This document shows positions 49,679 to 58,336 of a DNA stretch of 64,000 nt, piece after piece; within the stretch, counting starts at the first letter, position 1; every line of letters begins with the position of its first letter. The notes under the pieces are model-generated. The model was not told where the DNA came from. It worked only from the letters and a program-made list of their open reading frames with translations, and did not search any database. The DNA is from Nitrospirota bacterium (lineage in GTDB: Bacteria; Nitrospirota; UBA9217): the NCBI GenBank assembly GCA_963790205.1, contig CAWBNQ010000003.1, forward strand, positions 64,001 through 128,000, read 5' to 3'. Both the position numbers and the translations under genes were made by a program.

Positions 49679-51112
49679 ATGCTTTTCAACTCACTCGAGT
49701 TTTACCTGTTCTTCCCGGTTGTAACCATCCTCTATTTTTTGCTTCCTCATGCCTGGCGGTGGTTTCTCCTGCTCATCGCGAGCTGCGTTTTCTACATGGC
49801 GTTTATCCCGATATATATTCTCATCCTCTTCGTGACCATTACCGTTGACTTCACGGCGGGTATTCTCATCGAAAAAACACCCCCCGGGAGGCGTAAGCGG
49901 CTCACTCTCGTGAGCAGCCTCGCCGTCACGATCGCTATTCTCGGTTTTTTCAAATATTTCAACTTTGCGAACGAGAACATCGCGAATGTCGCCCGTTTTT
50001 TTCACTGGAACTACGGCATCGAGAGCCTGAGGATACTCCTCCCCATCGGCCTCTCCTTTCACACCTTTCAGAGCATGAGCTACGTCATCGAAGTGTACCG
50101 GGGGAACCAGAAAGCGGAACACCATTACGGCATCTTTGCGCTCTATGTCATGTTCTATCCCCAGCTTGTGGCGGGGCCCATTGAACGTCCGCAGAACCTC
50201 CTCCATCAATTCCGCGAGCCTCACGCCTTCGATTACGAACGGGTGACGGGCGGCCTGAAGCGCATGGCCTTCGGGCTTTTCAAAAAAGTGGTCATTGCCG
50301 ATCAACTGGCGTTGCTGGTCGATCAGGTCTATAACCATCCGCATGACTACGCCGGTTTCCCGCTGATGTTTGCGACGATATGTTTTGCGTACCAGATCTA
50401 TTGCGATTTCTCGGGATATTCCGACATCGCCCTCGGCGCGGCCCAGGTGATGGGCTTCCGGCTCATGGAAAACTTCGACCGTCCCTACACGGCCCGCTCC
50501 ATCGCCGAATTCTGGCGGCGCTGGCACATATCCCTCACCTCGTGGTTCCGGGATTATGTCTATATCCCCCTTGGGGGAAACCGGGTGGCGAGACCCCGAT
50601 GGTATGCGAACATCCTCGTCACCTTTCTCGTCAGCGGCCTCTGGCACGGCGCGAACTGGACCTTTATCCTGTGGGGCGCGCTTAACGGGATGTATCTCCT
50701 GCTGTCGCATTGGACCGCACCTCTGCGCGAGGCCGTTGTCCGGGCAACGCGCCTGGACCAGTCCCCCCGCATTCATCACGCGCTCCAGGTCGGCGCAACC
50801 TTTCTGCTGATCTGCTTCGCATGGATTCTTTTCAGGGCCAACAATATGGACGATGCCGGCTACATCATATCCCACCTGTTTGACGGCTTTACGGGCCTGG
50901 CACGGAGGGGCCGGTTCGCGTTCAACGGGTTCGTCCTGTTTTTCATCCTGTTCGCGGAATATATTCAGCACCTCCACCGGACGAGCGGGACGGACAATCT
51001 CTTCAGCGGGAGGCCCGTTCTGGTCCGCTGGTCCCTGTACTATCTGATGATAACGACCATCGTTATCTTCGGGTCCTACAGTGAGCAGCGGTTCATCTAT
51101 TTTCAGTTTTAG
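49679..51112 (+). CDS. MBOAT O-acyltransferase (AlgI/DltB/PatA-like)
   Basis: MLFNSLEF, LPIGLSFHTFQ, GPIER, DFSGYSD, FWRRWHISL, SGLWHGA, FIYFQF. Confidence 0.93.
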   Translation: MLFNSLEFYLFFPVVTILYFLLPHAWRWFLLLIASCVFYMAFIPIYILILFVTITVDFTAGILIEKTPPGRRKRLTLVSSLAVTIAILGFFKYFNFANENIANVARFFHWNYGIESLRILLPIGLSFHTFQSMSYVIEVYRGNQKAEHHYGIFALYVMFYPQLVAGPIERPQNLLHQFREPHAFDYERVTGGLKRMAFGLFKKVVIADQLALLVDQVYNHPHDYAGFPLMFATICFAYQIYCDFSGYSDIALGAAQVMGFRLMENFDRPYTARSIAEFWRRWHISLTSWFRDYVYIPLGGNRVARPRWYANILVTFLVSGLWHGANWTFILWGALNGMYLLLSHWTAPLREAVVRATRLDQSPRIHHALQVGATFLLICFAWILFRANNMDDAGYIISHLFDGFTGLARRGRFAFNGFVLFFILFAEYIQHLHRTSGTDNLFSGRPVLVRWSLYYLMITTIVIFGSYSEQRFIYFQF

Positions 51113-51118
51113 GACGAC

Positions 51119-52105
51119 ATGAGAACACTGCTGATAAAAGGGTGCGTTCTGGCCGCTCTCGTCGTCGCGACGACCCTGGCGATCTTCCTGCTCCCGGTCC
51201 CCTACAGCCATCAACTCTCCGCCATTCTGAACAAGCTGGACATGGTTAAAGGGGCCGGGCAGGACCGCGTCATTTTTGTCGGGGGGAGCGGCTTGTTCGA
51301 CGGGCTCGACAGCGCGAAGCTGGAGGCGCGCCTGCACCGGCCGGTCGTGAACCTGGGGTTATACGCCGGATTCGGCATCACCGCGCTCCTGCGGGAGATC
51401 AGGCCCTCTCTTCGCCCCGGCGACGTCGTCGTGATCGTTCCGGAATACAGCGTGGTCTTCGATTCCGTCGACGAGCAGGCGCGGAAATGGATTTTTGCTT
51501 TGGCGCCGGCCAGGAACCTTTCCTGGCTGTATGGAACGCTTCAGGACCCCGTGCGGGCGTTGGCCATCGATTTTGTAAGCCTGGTGCGGCTGAAAGTGCA
51601 GGCGCTCCCCAAGGCCGCGCAGGAAGCGCTGCGTGTCCGCCAGTGCCGCGCTTTCTTCGGCAGGGGCTATGTCTATTACCGGAAATATTTCACGCGCAAC
51701 GGTGATTCGCTACGGACCATGCGGGCCGCGACGTCCCCCGAGATGATCGAACAGAGAGGCGAAGAGCTGTTTTCCGACCCGCGCTACCGGGGCCAATCGC
51801 TCGATGCCGTGAACGACTTTTGCCGGAGCGCGCTGCGGCAGGGGGTGCGGACGTACTTCCTGTTCCCGGCCTATCCCGAGGAAGAGTATCGCCGGCAGCA
51901 AGAGGGCATGCGGCGTTATGAGGCAAGGCTCCGGAAGGAACTGGACTGCCGCATTCTCGGCACCCCGGAGGATTTTTTGTATCCCTACGATTTTTTTACC
52001 AACACCGTCAATCACCTGAACGGCGAGGGCAAGCTGGTAAGGACTGAAAAGGTCATCACGCTCCTGCAGAAACCGCTGGCCCGGTCCCATCAGGCGCACG
52101 AATGA
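51119..52105 (+). CDS. Membrane-anchored SGNH-like partner of the MBOAT
   Basis: N-terminal TM; IFVGGS, VNLGLYAG, NTVNHLN; 6 nt after the MBOAT stop. Confidence 0.65.
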   Translation: MRTLLIKGCVLAALVVATTLAIFLLPVPYSHQLSAILNKLDMVKGAGQDRVIFVGGSGLFDGLDSAKLEARLHRPVVNLGLYAGFGITALLREIRPSLRPGDVVVIVPEYSVVFDSVDEQARKWIFALAPARNLSWLYGTLQDPVRALAIDFVSLVRLKVQALPKAAQEALRVRQCRAFFGRGYVYYRKYFTRNGDSLRTMRAATSPEMIEQRGEELFSDPRYRGQSLDAVNDFCRSALRQGVRTYFLFPAYPEEEYRRQQEGMRRYEARLRKELDCRILGTPEDFLYPYDFFTNTVNHLNGEGKLVRTEKVITLLQKPLARSHQAHE

Positions 52106-52199
52106 ACGTCAGCCGGCTCCCGGTGTTTCCCGTCAGCTCCCGCACCTGAGCTCTGGTATACTATAGGCACCATAAAACCCGCAGGACAGGAGGCCTCTT

Positions 52200-52682
52200 A
52201 TGGATACGAATGTCGTGACCGTGGCAATTCCCGAAGGGTGCAACTTCATCCTCGGCCAGACCCACTTCATCAAGACCGCCGAGGACCTTTACGAAATCAT
52301 CGCCACGACGGTGCCGCAGGCAAAGTTCGGCGTCGCCTTCACCGAGGCGTCCGGACCCTGTCTCATACGGACCGAAGGAAATGACGATGGTCTCATCTCC
52401 GCCTGTGTCCAGACCCTCGAAGCGATCGGCGCGGGCCACGTTTTCTGCATCTTTCTGAAAGACGCATTCCCCATCAACATTCTTACCCAGATCAAAAACT
52501 GCCCCGAAGTATGCCGCATCTTCTGCGCCACGGCAAACCCGCTCGAAGTCGTCATCGCGTCCACGGCCCAGGGAAAGGGGGTCCTCGGCGTGATCGACGG
52601 CTTTCCTCCCCGGGGCGTCGAAACGACGGCGGACAGGGCGAAGCGAAAGGACTTTCTCAGGAAGATCGGTTACAAGCTGTGA
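52200..52682 (+). CDS. Adenosine-specific kinase family (DUF355) protein
   Basis: N.ILGQTHFIKT.EDL, F.EASG..L.R..GND, PEVC.IFCATANP, GV.DG; ends IGYKL. Confidence 0.85.
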   Translation: MDTNVVTVAIPEGCNFILGQTHFIKTAEDLYEIIATTVPQAKFGVAFTEASGPCLIRTEGNDDGLISACVQTLEAIGAGHVFCIFLKDAFPINILTQIKNCPEVCRIFCATANPLEVVIASTAQGKGVLGVIDGFPPRGVETTADRAKRKDFLRKIGYKL

Positions 52683-52820
52683 TACGAACAGCGCCATAAA
52701 AAAATCTTGCATATTTTCGGAGAAAGCAGTAAAGTGACGCTTGCGAAAAAAACAAACGCGTGCCGTGTTTCACAGGGGAACCCGACCGTGAACAGCGTCC
52801 GCACGAAGAAGGAGTCGATC

Positions 52821-53585
52821 ATGAAGCGTTTATTGATGGCAGGGGGGGCATTTCTGGCGCTGGCCCTTTTTTGCGCAGGGGCCTTTGCCGCTCCTCAGCC
52901 GGCTGGCGCCGCACCTGGGGCGCGGGTACCGTCTGCTCAGGCCGGTGCAGCAGGGAACCCCGAGCTTTCGGGCAAAGTCGTGGAAACCATGAACGCCGGC
53001 GGCTATTCCTATGTTCTTATCGAGAAGAACGAGAAGAAGACATGGGTCGCCATACCGATGACCCAGGTCAAGGTCGGTCAGGAGCTCAAGTTTCTGCCCG
53101 GCGTGGAGATGGGGAAATTCACGAGCAAGTCCCTTCATCGGACATTCGAGAACATCATTTTCTCCGGCGGTCTCATGACCGAGGCGGGCCCGGGAGGAAG
53201 CGCTATGATGCAGGCGCCGCACCCCAGCGCCACCGCCGGGGACGCGCCGTCGACCGAGAAGATCAAGGTGGAGAAGGCCTCGGGACCCGATGCCTATACC
53301 GTGAGCGAAATTCATGAAAAAAAGGCAACGCTGAACGAAAAGACCGCGGTGGTCAAGGGGAAGGTGGTAAAGGTCTCCAAGGGCATCATGGGCAAGAACT
53401 GGATCCATTTGGAAGACGGCACCGGCAATGCACTCGCGGCCACGAACAAACTGGTCGTGACCTCCCAGGATCTTCCCTCGGTCGGAGACATCGTCACGAT
53501 GAAGGGCACGATCTATAAGGACAAGGACTTCGGCTCCGGGTACAAATACGCTGTGATCATGGAGAAGGCCTCTGTCATAAAATAG
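52821..53585 (+). CDS. Secreted double OB-fold protein (NrfJ-related)
   Basis: Signal peptide; GKVVETMNAGGYSY...WVA; KGKVVK....IMGKNWIHL.DG; DKDFGSGYKY. Confidence 0.75.
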   Translation: MKRLLMAGGAFLALALFCAGAFAAPQPAGAAPGARVPSAQAGAAGNPELSGKVVETMNAGGYSYVLIEKNEKKTWVAIPMTQVKVGQELKFLPGVEMGKFTSKSLHRTFENIIFSGGLMTEAGPGGSAMMQAPHPSATAGDAPSTEKIKVEKASGPDAYTVSEIHEKKATLNEKTAVVKGKVVKVSKGIMGKNWIHLEDGTGNALAATNKLVVTSQDLPSVGDIVTMKGTIYKDKDFGSGYKYAVIMEKASVIK

Positions 53586-53618
53586 TAAAACCTGAGCAAA
53601 CAGGTATCTGAACGAGAG

Positions 53619-53647
53619 GGCCGGCGGGGAACAACCTGCCGGCCTTT
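53619..53647 (+). terminator. Rho-independent terminator
   Basis: GGCCGGCGGG/CCTGCCGGCC stem then TTT. Confidence 0.6.
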
Positions 53648-53744
53648 CTATTGAAACAATGCTTGACAAATCCGGTGTTTTTAGAAATAATCATGCTCCC
53701 ATATCGGAGCGGCGAAAAGCCGTTCGGAAAAAAGGTGCTATTGC

Positions 53745-55202
53745 ATGAGCAAGACGATCCAGAAGCTCTTAATTGCGAACCGCGGTGTTCCCGCGGTGAG
53801 GGTGATGCACACGTGCAGGGACCGGAAGATCCCCACCGTTGCGGTCTACAGCGATCCGGACCGTCTGGCCCACCATGTATTCATGGCGGATGAGGCCGTG
53901 CATATCGGCGCTGCGCCGCCGGCCGAGTCCTACCTCAACATGGACAAGATGATCCAGGCCGCGCTCAAGAGCAAGGCCGACGCCATCCATCCGGGCTGGG
54001 GCTTTCTTGCCGAGAACGCCCAGTTCGCCCGAAAAGTGATCGACGCGGGACTCACCTGGATCGGTCCGTCCCCCGAGGTCATCAGCATGCTGGGGGACAA
54101 GATCGAGGCCAAGGCGTTGGCGAAGAAGGCCAATGTGCCGACCATTCCGGGCATCGATGCGGTCACTGAAGTCGAGCAGATAAAGACCTGGATGAAGCAG
54201 GACGATGTCGCCTACCCCATCATGATCAAGGCCGCATCGGGCGGAGGCGGTAAGGGCATGGTGAAGGTCGAGAGCGACGGGGAGCTCTCGCAGGCCCTGT
54301 CGCGCGCCCGGTCAGAGGCCAAGAAGTCCTTTGGCGACGACACCATCCTGGTCGAGAAATACATCGAGCGGGGACGGCATATCGAGGTCCAGATCGTGGC
54401 GGACAGCCACGGAAACGTGGTCCATCTGTACGAGCGCGAATGCACGCTCCAGAGAAGGAACCAGAAGATCATCGAGGAAGCGCCGTCGCCGAGCCTTGAC
54501 GAGAACCTGCGGAACGAGATCTGCTACACCGCGACCAAGCTGATGCGCGAGATCGGCTATACCACGGCCGGGACGGTCGAGTATATTTTCGATTCAGCGA
54601 CGCGAAAGTTCTATTTCCTCGAGGTGAATACCCGGCTCCAGGTGGAGCACGGCATCACCGAACTGATCACGGGCCTCGACATCGTCGGCATCATGATCGA
54701 TGTGGCGCTCGGCAAGAAGCTGCCGTTCAAACAATCCGCGATCCGGCCGAACCGCTGGGCCCTCGAGGTCCGTCTGAACGCCGAGGACCCGAAGACCTTC
54801 AGCCCGTCCTTCGGCCCGATCACCCGGCTCCAGATCCCCATGGGCCCGAATGTGCGCGTTGCCTCGGGCGTGTACGAGGGCGGCGACATTCCGCCTTACT
54901 ACGATTCGTTGTTCATGCTGCTCATGACCGCGGGCGCGGACCGGAACCATGCCATCAGCGTGATGGACCGGTCGCTCGGCAGGAACCTCCGGGTCGAGGG
55001 CATCAAGACGCTCCAGCCGCTCCTGCTCTCGATCATCCGGCACCCGTCGTTCGCCGCGGGCGAGTTCTCCACCCGGTTCATCGAGGAGCACATGGACGAG
55101 CTCATCTCGATGTTCCAGGAGAAGAACAGCGAGGATGAGGTGCTGAAGATCGCGCGGTATGTTGCCGAGACCTCTGCCCTGGGGCCGCAGAAGTGGATGT
55201 AG
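53745..55202 (+). CDS. pycA: Biotin carboxylase subunit of a pyruvate/2-oxoacid carboxylase
   Basis: LLIANRG, HPGWGFLAEN, KAASGGGGKGM, ERECTLQRRNQK, EVNTRLQVEH, YYDS. Confidence 0.88.
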   Translation: MSKTIQKLLIANRGVPAVRVMHTCRDRKIPTVAVYSDPDRLAHHVFMADEAVHIGAAPPAESYLNMDKMIQAALKSKADAIHPGWGFLAENAQFARKVIDAGLTWIGPSPEVISMLGDKIEAKALAKKANVPTIPGIDAVTEVEQIKTWMKQDDVAYPIMIKAASGGGGKGMVKVESDGELSQALSRARSEAKKSFGDDTILVEKYIERGRHIEVQIVADSHGNVVHLYERECTLQRRNQKIIEEAPSPSLDENLRNEICYTATKLMREIGYTTAGTVEYIFDSATRKFYFLEVNTRLQVEHGITELITGLDIVGIMIDVALGKKLPFKQSAIRPNRWALEVRLNAEDPKTFSPSFGPITRLQIPMGPNVRVASGVYEGGDIPPYYDSLFMLLMTAGADRNHAISVMDRSLGRNLRVEGIKTLQPLLLSIIRHPSFAAGEFSTRFIEEHMDELISMFQEKNSEDEVLKIARYVAETSALGPQKWM

Positions 55203-55391
55203 GTGTAGCGAAGTAAGAAGGCAGAATTAAGAATTAAGAAAACAGGAAAAGATCTTTTACCGCGAGGGCGCTAGGAACGCGAGGAAGTCGTAAATCCTGT
55301 ATTAAAAGAAAGCCGTAAGCTTTTGCTTTCCTGGCGTCCTTCGCGCCTTCGCGGTTCCAAGGTTCTGATGTTGTTCTGATTCAGGAGAATT

Positions 55392-57455
55392 ATGACAGAC
55401 ACTGTTTTCGTAAAACCCGGCATGTCGCCGAAAGAGATCGTAACAGCGGTCCGATCGCTCAAGGGCGTGTGCCTCACGTCCGTGGGCATGCGCGACGCGG
55501 GCCAGTCGGACTTCAAGAACCGCCACCGCATCTACGACCTCAAGACGCTTGCGCCGTACTATAACGGCATGGGTCTGTTCTCCGCAGAGACGCACGGCGG
55601 GGCGCGCTGGCATGTGGGCATCATGAACCGCAGGGAAAGCCCGTTCGAGGAAGTGGCTATCCTTCGGGAGCTGATGCCGAACGTGCTGCAGCAGACGCTG
55701 ATCCGGGAGACGAACCTCTGGGGATACCGTCCGTATCCGAAGAACGTGATCGAGTATGCCGTTGCCCGGGTGGACATCGACGTGTGGCGCTGCTTCTCGT
55801 TCCTGAACGACGTGCGGAACATGCGCACGGTGGCGGAAACGGTCATGAAGCGGGGGCGCTTGTTCGAGCCCACGATCTCTTTCACGGTCGCGGACTGGGC
55901 CACGAACGAGTACTACCTCGGTGTCGTCCGGGAGATGGTGGACCTCTGCGGCGGGATCGACGAGATCGTGCTGTGCATCAAGGACATGGCCGGCGTGGGA
56001 GACGTGACCCGCATCGGGAACCTCATCGACGCCATCAAGCAGAAATATCCGAAGCTCGTGATCAACTACCACCGTCACATTACGGACGGTCTTGCCGTGC
56101 CGGCGTTCCTCTCCGCGGCCAAGGCCGGCGCCGCGATCTTTGACGTGGAAGAGGATTCGCTCGTCCGCTTCTACGGCCATTCTCCGATCCTGGCCATTCA
56201 ATCCATATTCGAGGAGACCGGCATCCCCGTGCATTTGAACAGACCGGATGCCGAGGCCGCTGTCCGGAAGGTGCGCGAATGGATCGGCCATTACGAATGG
56301 GCGGAGTCGCCCTTCAAGGGCCTGGACCACACCGTGACCCGCCACCGCATGCCGGGCGGTGCGTTCCCGAGTTCCTTCGAGCAGGCGGACAAGGGGGACT
56401 TCCTGCATCTCATGCCCGCGATCCTCACGGCCATGTCGCTCTTCAACCGGATCGTCAAGTATTTCGACGTGACGCCCGGGTCCCAGGTCACCTGGGTCAC
56501 GTGCAGCGGCATCGTGAACCGGTACGCAAAGGAGCAGGGCGACCGCGGGGTGAGGCATGTCATCGATCTTTTGACGAAGTTCGTCGAGGAAAAAAAGCAG
56601 GACTTCGAAGCCATGGACAAAGCGGAGCAGGACGAGCTCTTGCAGCTGTTCCGGACCGCGCCGGGCGATTTCAAGAACCTTCTGCTCGGGAACTACGGCA
56701 AACTGCCCGTGGGCTGGCCCGCGGAATGGGTTTACCAGAGCACGTTCGGCGAGGAGTGGGAGGAAAAGATCAGGGAGCGGAAGGAAATATCTCCGCTCGA
56801 CTCCATGCCTCAGGACGACCTCGACAAGCTCCGGAAGGAGCTCCAGGAGAACGTGGGCAGGGACGTGACCGAAGAGGAGTTCATCCTCTATCTCATGCAC
56901 CCCAAGGACGCGCTTGACTATATGGAGTTCCGCGGGAAGTTCGGCGAAGCGCCGCTCGTTCTTCCCACGAACGTCTGGAGAAAAGGCCTTACCCGGCCGG
57001 GAGACAGGGTGGATTTCGAGCACTGGGGCAAGCCCTACTCCATCGAGCTGGTGTCCATCGGGGCGGAGTACGAAGGCGTGATCCACGTGGTCATGCGCGT
57101 GAACAACAAGACCCGGGTCTACTCGGTCGCGACCCCGCGCGCCAAGAAGGCCGAGGTCCGCATGGCAAAGGGCCCGAACAACATCGGCGCGCCGATCAAC
57201 GGCAACCTGTGGCGGATCGGCAACCCCGGCCGCGGACCCGTCAAGGCGGGAGATATCGTGCATAAGGGCGAGGAGATCGCGAACCTCGAAGCCATGAAAA
57301 TGGAAAATGCCATCATCGCGCCTATGGACGGGCAGATCGTCGAGGTCTGCGTCAAGCTCAACGAGACGGTGCAGGAAGGGCAGCTTCTGTTCGTCATTGA
57401 GAAAGCATCGGTCAAGTCCGAGCCGAACGGAACCGGCGGGAGCATCGTGGTGTAA
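55392..57455 (+). CDS. pycB: Carboxyltransferase/biotin-carrier subunit of a pyruvate/2-oxoacid carboxylase
   Basis: RDAGQS, IKDMAG, HRH, MPGG, VTPGSQ, EAMKMEN biotinylation site. Confidence 0.82.
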   Translation: MTDTVFVKPGMSPKEIVTAVRSLKGVCLTSVGMRDAGQSDFKNRHRIYDLKTLAPYYNGMGLFSAETHGGARWHVGIMNRRESPFEEVAILRELMPNVLQQTLIRETNLWGYRPYPKNVIEYAVARVDIDVWRCFSFLNDVRNMRTVAETVMKRGRLFEPTISFTVADWATNEYYLGVVREMVDLCGGIDEIVLCIKDMAGVGDVTRIGNLIDAIKQKYPKLVINYHRHITDGLAVPAFLSAAKAGAAIFDVEEDSLVRFYGHSPILAIQSIFEETGIPVHLNRPDAEAAVRKVREWIGHYEWAESPFKGLDHTVTRHRMPGGAFPSSFEQADKGDFLHLMPAILTAMSLFNRIVKYFDVTPGSQVTWVTCSGIVNRYAKEQGDRGVRHVIDLLTKFVEEKKQDFEAMDKAEQDELLQLFRTAPGDFKNLLLGNYGKLPVGWPAEWVYQSTFGEEWEEKIRERKEISPLDSMPQDDLDKLRKELQENVGRDVTEEEFILYLMHPKDALDYMEFRGKFGEAPLVLPTNVWRKGLTRPGDRVDFEHWGKPYSIELVSIGAEYEGVIHVVMRVNNKTRVYSVATPRAKKAEVRMAKGPNNIGAPINGNLWRIGNPGRGPVKAGDIVHKGEEIANLEAMKMENAIIAPMDGQIVEVCVKLNETVQEGQLLFVIEKASVKSEPNGTGGSIVV

Positions 57456-57478
57456 GAGGGAGTGTATGCGACGTCATC

Positions 57479-57513
57479 AAGGCCCGGCAGGGAGCATCCT
57501 GCCGGGCCTTTTT
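57479..57513 (+). terminator. Rho-independent terminator
   Basis: 13-bp stem AAGGCCCGGCAGG/CCTGCCGGGCCTT plus T-tract. Confidence 0.85.
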
Positions 57514-57519
57514 GTATTA

Positions 57520-57568
57520 TGCATCCTGCATCCTGCATCTTGCATCCTGCATCCTGTGTCTTGCATCG
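57520..57568. repeat. Seven tandem 7-mers (TGCATCY)
   Basis: TGCATCC TGCATCC TGCATCT TGCATCC TGCATCC TGTGTCT TGCATCG. Confidence 0.85.
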
Positions 57569-57657
57569 TCTCACCGCCATACCCTGAAAATACCCCATCG
57601 AACTCCTTGCAATTTCCGAAACTCTGTACTATCCTCGTGACGTTGTAACTTTCTTTT

Positions 57658-58077
57658 ATGCCTATGCAGGAACAGAAAATAGAACGCCAGGTCACAGTCG
57701 GCGTATATACCATGCCCTACGAGGCTGACCTCGTGTGGTCACTTCTCGAAGCTTTCGAAATACCGGTCTTCCCCGCGGACTATAACACCATATATATAGA
57801 TTGGCTGTATTCCAACGCCCTGGGCGGAGTAAAACTTCGGGTCAGCGAACAGGACGCAGCCGATGCGCGAGAAGTCATTGCGGGTGCCCTTGCAGATGGC
57901 GAAAAACTCCATCCGACGTATAGCGAGGGCGCATGCCCGCACTGCGGCAATAGGGATACTGCTCCAGTGGTACGCGGTCGAAAATGGGCAATAATTACCT
58001 GGCTCATCTTTATGCCAATTGTCTGGCCTTGGACACGCCTACGATGCTTGTCATGTGGGCACACTTGGCGGGCATAG
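57658..58077 (+). CDS. DUF2007-like protein with C-terminal zinc ribbon and TM
   Basis: EADL..SLLE...I......GGVKLRV...DA..A; CPHCG; CLSCGHTW. Confidence 0.78.
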   Translation: MPMQEQKIERQVTVGVYTMPYEADLVWSLLEAFEIPVFPADYNTIYIDWLYSNALGGVKLRVSEQDAADAREVIAGALADGEKLHPTYSEGACPHCGNRDTAPVVRGRKWAIITWLIFMPIVWPWTRLRCLSCGHTWRA

Positions 58078-58336
58078 TTCGGCCGAATAATATTCTTGCT
58101 TGACAAAGAGTTAAGATGAGAGTAATTCAGAAGTAGGTGAATCAAGAAGGTAGAAGTCGTCGTGGAGCGTTGCAGCGTGCGGGGGGATTGGTGATGACAG
58201 ATTCCTCGTAGCAACGGGTGCACAACGTCCCCCGCTGGGCTCCTTGACCTCAAATAATCAACGTAAGTAACATCGCAGCACCCGTCCCCAAAGTTCTTTG
58301 CGGGCTTGGGGCCGACTTAAGCGATAGGGACATCTA

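Noticed and set aside
57520..57568. Tandem repeats as a CRISPR array
   Set aside because: 7-bp units with no spacers, and no cas genes in the window.
58164..58173. GGAGCGTTGC resembling the SAH riboswitch core
   Set aside because: The CAGGCUC element is absent and the downstream gene is unrelated to SAH.
58264..58330. attC-like look upstream of the STAND gene, and GACTAAC at the HEPN gene stop
   Set aside because: No properly spaced GTTRRRY box or paired L boxes, so these cannot be called cassettes.
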